Virus record (IMG/VR): IMGVR_UViG_3300010389_000002
Origin: a virus
Strand: one strand, 5' to 3'
Length of the DNA: 44,406 bases
Shown: positions 37,446-44,406 of the stretch, one piece after another
Layout of the letters: each line of letters begins with the position of its first letter
Numbering within the stretch: the first letter of the stretch is position 1
Translations under genes and position numbers: made by a program
The notes under the pieces: model-generated
The model's input: only the letters and a program-made list of their open reading frames with translations
What the model was told of the DNA's origin: nothing
Database searches by the model: none

Positions 37446-38443
37446 ACCTCAATAAACGAATCAAAAAATGTTTCTGGTACTCTTAGCAAGAATGATGTGT
37501 TATCTTGAAAACCAAAAGTAATTAAATAATTTCCTTCATGGAAACACATACCACAAGAAAATTCAACATGTCCTCCTAGAAAGTTGAACTCTTTAGAGTA
37601 ACCATGTACATTCCAATCTTTATCAAAAACAATAAAACGATGTCTATAAGTACAATTCTTTCTTCCCGTCTCTGTCTTGAATAATCTAGTTACGTGACAC
37701 AGAGCTATTCTATAATCTTCTTTATATGGAATTACCTGTGATCCACCTCGAAAATCAAAATCAATATCTAATTTGTTTTTTCCAAGATAAATTTGTTCAG
37801 TTAATTTAGTCTCAGGATTATATTTAACGACCTCTACTGGATTACACCATTTTACGTATGTGTAAGGTAAATCAACAACAGGCATCCAGTTTTTCTCACA
37901 GTAGGATTTTCCTGTATCAGGAACTGCTTCTCCTGGAATTGGTAGTCTTTGTCTAGAGATTTCTTTAAATGATCCATTCTCTTCTTCAATCTCAGACAGC
38001 TCCATTCTACCAACACCGTTAGTAGTAGTGTCTCTTCTGACACCAGTCAGAAACACTTTATTATCCCAGTGACAGATTCTTGCGTCCTCTAAACCAACAA
38101 ATTCCCACAGTGGGTCTTTATCTAATTCAGAAGTATCAACTTTCGAATAGTAATTAAAATCTGATAGATCTTCATTAATTACACCAAGAAAATTATTAGT
38201 TCTAAGCTTCCAATCATCTTCTGGGTGTACATAAACTACAGGACCCCATGGATGAGCATACTTTACCTTTTCTGCATGTAACAAGGTGTACTCTACATTC
38301 CGTAGATTGACATACAACTTGTCATTAATTGGTAAAATAGAACAATTGGTAAGACCTAATCCACCGGTATGCTTAGAGTCAACTACTAATGGAGTAATGT
38401 CACCACCATTCTCAATGGCTAATTTAGCAAAATTTTCAATCAT
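37442..38443 (-). CDS. Five-bladed beta-propeller carbohydrate-active enzyme (GH130/GT91-like)
   Basis: N.SI, GLEDARI, EKNWMP, RGGSQ, VEFSCG and ITFGFQD motifs in the expected order. Confidence 0.7.
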   Translation of the reverse strand: MIENFAKLAIENGGDITPLVVDSKHTGGLGLTNCSILPINDKLYVNLRNVEYTLLHAEKVKYAHPWGPVVYVHPEDDWKLRTNNFLGVINEDLSDFNYYSKVDTSELDKDPLWEFVGLEDARICHWDNKVFLTGVRRDTTTNGVGRMELSEIEEENGSFKEISRQRLPIPGEAVPDTGKSYCEKNWMPVVDLPYTYVKWCNPVEVVKYNPETKLTEQIYLGKNKLDIDFDFRGGSQVIPYKEDYRIALCHVTRLFKTETGRKNCTYRHRFIVFDKDWNVHGYSKEFNFLGGHVEFSCGMCFHEGNYLITFGFQDNTSFLLRVPETFFDSFIEV

Positions 38444-38469
38444 GAAATAGAATTCAACTCATTTTTTAA

Positions 38470-38477
38470 TATTTATG
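38470..38477 (-). promoter_or_regulatory. Late promoter for the propeller/methyltransferase pair
   Basis: CATAAATA overlapping the upstream stop, ~26 nt before ATG 38443. Confidence 0.6.
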
Positions 38478-39180
38478 TTACCACAAATTGGTTAAATCGT
38501 CTATAAACTTCTAAGTCTCTAGTATTTGCTTGCCAGTCAACAGCGTAGATGTTTAAATAATTTCTCCTGTTAGCTGATCCACCTTGACCACCACTCAATT
38601 GAGTAATATTTAACTGTACGTTAGGACCGTAATATCCACCAGTGACTCCTGTAGTTAAAGATGTTTGAAAAAAGTAAGTATTAATTCCGCTAGCAGGAGA
38701 ACATGAAAGAGTTCCCGATGAAGCAATGTTTACTAAAGATCCTGGGTTTCTTAAATTTAATGAAAAAGTTACAGTGTTACTATTGCCAGCTGGGATTCCT
38801 CCCGATGAGTTTCTAATATCAAGAAAAACTCTAAAGATATTAATATTTCCGGCACCTAGATCTAGAAAACCAGGACCCCCTTGAGCAGTGCCCACTTCAT
38901 TTAAATTTTCAAAATCAACAGTAACAGCAGGGTTTGAGTTTCCATTTCCACTATAAACAATTTGTTGACTATTATCAGTAAATGTAATAGGAAATGTGGT
39001 ATCGGGACCAGTAGAATCCGGTGTTCCGGACTGGGGATACGGATCAATAGGGTCTCTAATATCAATACCAGTTACTCCACCAGAAGTTGTAGTAAAGTCA
39101 ACGATATCTACTAATCCATTTGGTCTTACCAATCTGTAATTATTTTCACCTACGTTAGTTAAATCTACGTAAAACGCCAT
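38473..39180 (-). CDS. Cassette B gene 4: beta-sandwich putative tip protein
   Basis: Distant similarity to 28113..28628. Confidence 0.6.
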   Translation of the reverse strand: MAFYVDLTNVGENNYRLVRPNGLVDIVDFTTTSGGVTGIDIRDPIDPYPQSGTPDSTGPDTTFPITFTDNSQQIVYSGNGNSNPAVTVDFENLNEVGTAQGGPGFLDLGAGNINIFRVFLDIRNSSGGIPAGNSNTVTFSLNLRNPGSLVNIASSGTLSCSPASGINTYFFQTSLTTGVTGGYYGPNVQLNITQLSGGQGGSANRRNYLNIYAVDWQANTRDLEVYRRFNQFVVT

Positions 39181-39181
39181 G

Positions 39182-40687
39182 TTATGTCAATGCTGTTGGT
39201 ACTAATGTCAGACTAATAGTTGCTTGAATTGCTGTTCCTGTTGGAGCTGCTGCGTGATTTTGAACTTCGAAGTATAAAATATCACCATCAGCAATTGTAT
39301 TGCTACTCCACCCCGTAGTAACTCCCGAAGCAGCATTAGCATTTGATAGTGACAAAGTTCCACTGAAAGCACTTGGAGCTGTTCCGGCAGTTAATTCGGC
39401 AAGCGTTCCTTTTGTGATAACAACATCAAATGAGTCTGGAACATTATAAGGGAAGGTAGAAAGAATATACCAATCAGTTATAGTATAAGCACCGTCAAAT
39501 CTTAACGATCCATGTGGTTCGTTTTGGATAACTTCGTTACCACCATCAATAACAAGATTAACAGTTTTTCTATTATCAATGTAGGAAGCAGAGTAGTCAC
39601 TGGCAAATGACATTACCATGTCACCTGGAGTTGTTACTTCTGCTGGTAAAGTTATATTATAACCAAGAGTTCCAATATTAGCAGGAACAGTAACACCAAT
39701 AGTGCGTGGAGTACCTTGAGCATCTTGGAAATCAACTTTACCGGCAGCTCCTTCAGCAGTAATAATAACATCACCTGTTCCATTTGGAGACAACAGTAAG
39801 TCAGTATCTGTAGGAGTGGTGATGCTATTGTTGACTTGAATACCAGCATTAACGGTCAAAGCAGTTAATGTTCCTACAGAAGTAAGACTAGAGTTCAAAA
39901 CTGTAGATCCAAGAGTGGTGCTATTTAAAAGCAGTCCTCCATTGATCTGAATCTCACCGGCAGTATTCTGGAAGTTTAATGTATTTGTGTTATAGATTAA
40001 ATAGTTGCCAGCAGTTTTATCCTCGAAACCACCAGTGTTGTCTGATGTTTGGATGTTTCCTGCTGGACCCTGGGAAACATTAGAACCTGTTAATGGTGGA
40101 CCCCACTCTAGTACAGCTGTTGTTGCTCCTACAACTGACTGATCACTATGAGAGGCAATCTTAAGTACATAACCAACTGCTTCTGTGTTGTTACTAGTTC
40201 CTGGAACTAATGCTGGTAATGTAATACTATAATCTCTAGTGATGTCAGCAGGTGCTTGGAACTGAGCATAATTTGATGCTCCATCATCACTAAATCTCAA
40301 AAATGATGGATTGTTAGTACCATCGTACTGTAAATCAAATACTAAATTACTATCATCATAAACAATGGTGGATGTAGCACCCGTAACACCGGCATTATTA
40401 AACTGAATCTGTCCGTCCGTACCAGCAGCGGTGGCAACAACAGGACCAAATGATCCTGTAATTTCTCCACTAGATTCACTAAACGTCATTACATATCCAC
40501 TAAACCCAGGGGTTCCGATAGTAGATGGGAATGTAATATTATAAGGATCAGTTTGTGTATTTGCTACTTTAAATGAAATTTCTACTGGAGTAGCTGTAGT
40601 ATCCCTTAGAGTAATAGAACCACCGCTGATCTGACTAGGATCTTCTACAGTTGGTTGATTTAATATTTGTGCTCTTGTTAAAGCCAT
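39182..40687 (-). CDS. Cassette B gene 3: fibre-like structural protein
   Basis: Start MALTR via TAATG overlap. Collinear with 28635..29930. Confidence 0.75.
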   Translation of the reverse strand: MALTRAQILNQPTVEDPSQISGGSITLRDTTATPVEISFKVANTQTDPYNITFPSTIGTPGFSGYVMTFSESSGEITGSFGPVVATAAGTDGQIQFNNAGVTGATSTIVYDDSNLVFDLQYDGTNNPSFLRFSDDGASNYAQFQAPADITRDYSITLPALVPGTSNNTEAVGYVLKIASHSDQSVVGATTAVLEWGPPLTGSNVSQGPAGNIQTSDNTGGFEDKTAGNYLIYNTNTLNFQNTAGEIQINGGLLLNSTTLGSTVLNSSLTSVGTLTALTVNAGIQVNNSITTPTDTDLLLSPNGTGDVIITAEGAAGKVDFQDAQGTPRTIGVTVPANIGTLGYNITLPAEVTTPGDMVMSFASDYSASYIDNRKTVNLVIDGGNEVIQNEPHGSLRFDGAYTITDWYILSTFPYNVPDSFDVVITKGTLAELTAGTAPSAFSGTLSLSNANAASGVTTGWSSNTIADGDILYFEVQNHAAAPTGTAIQATISLTLVPTALT

Positions 40688-43659
40688 TATGCCTGTGCCT
40701 CCTTCCAAGATAATACAACATCAACTACAGTATCCTCCGATGATTTGTTTGTAACTACAAAACCAATCATCTCTGGTCCGTTGGGGAACAAACCATTTCC
40801 ACCAACAATAGAGTTCTGTAATTCTTTAACGTTAGAAACATCAAAGAATGATGTTTCATCTGACGTAATGAATTTAAATAGAATCTCTCCTCCCTCTAAA
40901 TTAAGAGTTGATGCTGCTGGGGCATTATATTGAGAGAATGATGGTTGGTATCCTGTTTGAACACCACCACCGGCATATGGAATAGCATTAGCTGGTAACC
41001 AAGATAGTGCTGTGGGATCAACATTGGATGGGTTTAGAATACCAGTAACTTCAATACTTCTAGGTTCAATAATAACTTGCTGACCTACGTTTCTAGGAAC
41101 ACCAATGTTAATAACTTCAAGTGCGGATAGGTTAACTCTTGATCTATTAATTAATTCTCTTTCTCCTACTTCTCCGGATATTGTGTTACTCACCGCCGGA
41201 GCAGGTCTAAAGAGTAGAATTGTTTCTGATGAACCGGCAGAAATAGTAACACCAAATCTAGATGTAGTAAATCTAAATCCAGTATCTTCTGTAAATCCAC
41301 CATCCATGATTACGGCAGAACCCCAGTGAGAAACTTGAGGAGCAATATTAGAATCAATAAATTGTACAGAACTGTTTAGTGGATGATCTTGAGCTGATGT
41401 AATACCACTAAATGTTCTATCTGATCCATTAACAAAACGAGTATAACTAGATCCTCTTCCGGTTAGTGTAACATCATTGCCACTAATTCCATTATAGTCA
41501 ACAATTTCGCTGACTAAACCTAGTCCACCCTGTACACTCTTGATTAATAATTTTCCTGATTGTGGGAATAATTTCTCGGCATTCCTTACTTGAATAACAC
41601 CTGTTCCTGTTCCTGTTGATGGATTAGATAGAACTTTACTATGTCTACACGAAGTTACAATTTCATATCTTGCTGGTAAGTTACCAGATCTCATGTAAGC
41701 TTCAGTTTGGAAGTTAGCATTTGCCATACGGTGAGCGGTAATCCATTCACCCAATGGTCCTCTTACTTGGAAATCAACATATCCAGCACCATACCAACTC
41801 CACTGGATACCCATCATTTGAAGCCTATCAATATGTAAATTATATCCAGAAGGACCATGCCCATTGATAGTATCTGTATTGAAGAAATCTGAAGGTACTC
41901 TAGTTTCTGAGATTACACTAATCTTGGAATTATTAATTGAAACTCCTCTATATGCTGGATTAACATGCATTACAGTTGATGATTCTACATCTGTAACTTC
42001 GTAGACTTGACCTTTAATTAGTACTTTATTTCCTGCTACAAATTGTTCTCCAAACCTCGTGCCAGTTCCTACAATTTCATTCGAACCCTGTGTTAGATCT
42101 ACTCTTCCAGTTATTTGAATTGTTGAATTTCTAAGAACAGCATATAGTTTGTCTCCGTCATATTCCCAGTATGCTCCGTTGGAATCGTCAAACATACCAA
42201 CCCTAGTTGCTGCCCCCTTCCAATGTTGAGCAACTACTTTTGGTTCAAGACCCAAAGTTGCAGTCCCGATGGGAATACCGGTATCCAATCCTTCGTTAAC
42301 TTGGCCTACGCCAAAGTTTCCAATGGTAAAAGTATCACTGTCTGTAATACCAGTAACTTCATACAAAGTATAATTATAATCAGTAATGTCTGAATTATAA
42401 CCAACAGTATCGATACCAGATAAAGCTACCTTAACACCTACTTGAAATCCGTGGGGGATATCTGTAGTCACCGATATATTACTTCCATTAAAAGTAGCGG
42501 AGGAAACGTCATAAACAGGACAGAATAATGTACCTGTGGAGAAATTAATTCCTTTACCTGACTGATATCTGAAATAACGTTTTGTTTGTCTCTTTGCTTC
42601 TAACCCAGCAAACGGATAGAAGGAGTTAAGTAACACACCTCCATCAAAAGGTCTATGAGTAAACGTAGCATTGGAGATAGCATATACTGACAATCCAGAA
42701 TTTACAAAAGATCCGTCTTGTGTTACTCCAGTATCATACTTAAATGAAGTAGAATTAATTACTTCATTTACGAAGAATGGACCTTCGGCAATTTGCTGTC
42801 CAGCACTATCATCAATCAAGATGAATGGAGAACCTGGGAAAAGACCATGCGGTTGACTAAAGCTAGCTGTTACATTTGTACCGGGACTAGCATCTGCCTG
42901 ATAAGTATCAATAGCTAAACTAGAACCATCAAATAGAGAAGCTTCTCTAATAGATGTATATGGTGTTTCTAAATCTATTCCTGTTACTTGTGCTTTCGCT
43001 GTATACGTAAAAGTTGTAGATCCATTGGAAGTTGCTACAATATAAGCTCCTTCTGCTAAGATAGCGCCATCAGTCAATCCAGTAACAATAACTGGAGTAC
43101 CTGCTGCTAAAGCTTGTCCTGCTTGTACTACAACTGTAATAATAGAAGGGTTTGCTCCATCAGTAGTTACACTAGTAACAACTAAAGGTAACCCTGTTGC
43201 TTCGGAGAAAGAAGGATATCCTGTGTTAAAACCAATGTTTTGCCATTTGGATTCCTGAAGACCATATTCAAAGTCAGCATCAATTAGGTTCTGACCTTGT
43301 GATACTTTAATTCTTTCGATACTATCAACGGCAGCTTCATAAGGTCTTACTGTTAGACCTTTTCTTTCGTCTTCTACGAGAATGAGCAAGCTATCCGTAT
43401 CGCTCATTGAAGTAGTGTCATAATCTAAAAGAAATGTACAGTCTCCATCAATAGACCATGGGAAGTCTGGATCTGTTCCGAGAAGTGGGTGAGAATGTTC
43501 CCTGGTTGCTCCCTTTCCCTCTTCACTAACACTATAGATTACCGTGTTAGTAGTAACGTTGATAATCGTTAGTAGGTCATTAAGATTTAAGTGACCAGGA
43601 ATTTTTACAGTCTTGGCACTAGCGTCGAATACGTAGTTTTCTTCTTTTCTTCTTGCCAT
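40687..43659 (-). CDS. Cassette B gene 2: large virion structural protein (990 aa)
   Basis: Shares all core motifs with 29930..33139. Confidence 0.8.
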   Translation of the reverse strand: MARRKEENYVFDASAKTVKIPGHLNLNDLLTIINVTTNTVIYSVSEEGKGATREHSHPLLGTDPDFPWSIDGDCTFLLDYDTTSMSDTDSLLILVEDERKGLTVRPYEAAVDSIERIKVSQGQNLIDADFEYGLQESKWQNIGFNTGYPSFSEATGLPLVVTSVTTDGANPSIITVVVQAGQALAAGTPVIVTGLTDGAILAEGAYIVATSNGSTTFTYTAKAQVTGIDLETPYTSIREASLFDGSSLAIDTYQADASPGTNVTASFSQPHGLFPGSPFILIDDSAGQQIAEGPFFVNEVINSTSFKYDTGVTQDGSFVNSGLSVYAISNATFTHRPFDGGVLLNSFYPFAGLEAKRQTKRYFRYQSGKGINFSTGTLFCPVYDVSSATFNGSNISVTTDIPHGFQVGVKVALSGIDTVGYNSDITDYNYTLYEVTGITDSDTFTIGNFGVGQVNEGLDTGIPIGTATLGLEPKVVAQHWKGAATRVGMFDDSNGAYWEYDGDKLYAVLRNSTIQITGRVDLTQGSNEIVGTGTRFGEQFVAGNKVLIKGQVYEVTDVESSTVMHVNPAYRGVSINNSKISVISETRVPSDFFNTDTINGHGPSGYNLHIDRLQMMGIQWSWYGAGYVDFQVRGPLGEWITAHRMANANFQTEAYMRSGNLPARYEIVTSCRHSKVLSNPSTGTGTGVIQVRNAEKLFPQSGKLLIKSVQGGLGLVSEIVDYNGISGNDVTLTGRGSSYTRFVNGSDRTFSGITSAQDHPLNSSVQFIDSNIAPQVSHWGSAVIMDGGFTEDTGFRFTTSRFGVTISAGSSETILLFRPAPAVSNTISGEVGERELINRSRVNLSALEVINIGVPRNVGQQVIIEPRSIEVTGILNPSNVDPTALSWLPANAIPYAGGGVQTGYQPSFSQYNAPAASTLNLEGGEILFKFITSDETSFFDVSNVKELQNSIVGGNGLFPNGPEMIGFVVTNKSSEDTVVDVVLSWKEAQA

Positions 43660-43669
43660 GATTTATAGA

Positions 43670-44406
43670 TTAGACTCCGAATATGAGTGAGTTGACTAAT
43701 GACTCTTCTTTAGTAGCATAGACCGTAGTTGGTGAATTTGTTTGTTTAAACATAACACCAAAGAAGCTTTGATCTGTTTCTGGTGCCTCAGCAAATATAA
43801 TTTGTAGGTCTTGAGCTCCGCTGCTATTATTTAGCCTGAAACCACTTGTACCACCTGCTCCAAATCCACTATTGTCTGGTTCTTGAATGATACCACCCAC
43901 TGAAATCATCAGTCTGGCAATCTCGATTTGAATATCACTATTGAGTTGAGTAACGCCACCAACTTGTACTGTGAATATAGTCTGAGTACCATCAAATGCA
44001 GGCGTAAGAGTAATGTTAACAATTTGATCAGGAATACTAGCAGTAGGACCCTGGGTGCCTTGAGAACCACCAGCACCAGTTTCACCAAGCTGACCTTGAA
44101 TACCTTGGATACCTTGTGAACCTACTCCACCACCAGTACCTTGCTGACCCTGGACACCTTGTTCGCCTTGAGGACCATCTTCGCCTTGGATGCCTTGTTC
44201 ACCCTGTTGACCTTCATCACCCTGGACACCTTGTTCGCCTTGAGGACCTTCATCACCCTGGATACCTTGGTCACCCTGGATACCCTGTTGACCTTCATCA
44301 CCCTGGATACCTTGATCACCCTGGATACCCTGTTGACCTTCATCACCCTGGATACCTTGCTGACCTTGGGGACCATCTTCGCCTTGGATACCTTGATCAC
44401 CCTGGA
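43670..44406 (-). CDS. Cassette B gene 1: collagen-like fibre with C-terminal adaptor domain (5' end outside window)
   Basis: The frame of ORF 43670..43909 stays open to the window edge: (G-X-Y)40 then ASIPDQIV...FDGTQT.F...ARLMISVGGIIQEP...EESLVNSLIFGV. Confidence 0.88.
   Translation of the reverse strand, partial: QGDQGIQGEDGPQGQQGIQGDEGQQGIQGDQGIQGDEGQQGIQGDQGIQGDEGPQGEQGVQGDEGQQGEQGIQGEDGPQGEQGVQGQQGTGGGVGSQGIQGIQGQLGETGAGGSQGTQGPTASIPDQIVNITLTPAFDGTQTIFTVQVGGVTQLNSDIQIEIARLMISVGGIIQEPDNSGFGAGGTSGFRLNNSSGAQDLQIIFAEAPETDQSFFGVMFKQTNSPTTVYATKEESLVNSLIFGV
44042..44401 (-). repeat. Collagen G-X-Y repeat with 9-nt periodicity and a near-perfect 45-nt higher-order unit
   Basis: 40 uninterrupted triplets (GDQ GIQ GED GPQ GQQ GIQ GDE...). 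The unit GIQ-GDE-GQQ-GIQ-GDQ occurs in tandem. Confidence 0.92.

Noticed and set aside
44122-44400. 92-aa KVSRVMK-repeat ORF
   Set aside because: It is an alternative reading frame of the collagen repeat. The Gly-X-Y frame is continuous with the downstream domain.
44042-44406. Possible CRISPR-like or non-coding repeat array
   Set aside because: The repeat has 9-nt codon periodicity with third-position variation and no unique spacers.
28113-44406. Diversity-generating retroelement or invertase shufflon behind the fibre duplication
   Set aside because: No reverse transcriptase, recombinase, adenine-specific TR/VR pair or inverted cassette is visible, and both copies are diverged, intact and in the same orientation.

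Overview
A 44.4-kb piece of a T4-like cyanomyovirus genome (Kyanoviridae-type), with every credible gene on the minus strand. In transcription order (right to left) it holds: (i) a ~16-kb fibre/appendage region; (ii) the T4 core structural block g13-g14-g15-g16-[variable island]-g17-g18-g19-g20-g67-like-g21-g22-g23-g3; (iii) uvsY-uvsW-hypothetical; (iv) g55-g47-g46, a vWA/metallopeptidase plus CobS-like AAA+ pair, then g45 and a truncated g44. I saw no tRNA, rRNA, CRISPR array, intein or integrase. Main observations: the fibre region carries two diverged, collinear copies of a four-gene appendage cassette, one on a collagen stalk and one on a short Mtd-like adaptor. Between the copies lies a late-promoter-driven pair of enzymes, a GH130/GT91-like beta-propeller and a TPR-FkbM methyltransferase, which may modify fibre or receptor glycans. 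A GxGY beta-module is grafted into gp13, gp18 and one fibre paralog. Back-to-back sigma70 promoters sit upstream of g55, one firing antisense into the late operon. Two hairpin-containing early promoters share identical spacing. There is an in-frame duplicated gene tail (recombination scar) and several small ORFs missed by the ORF track. All family assignments come from motif recognition by eye, not database searches.
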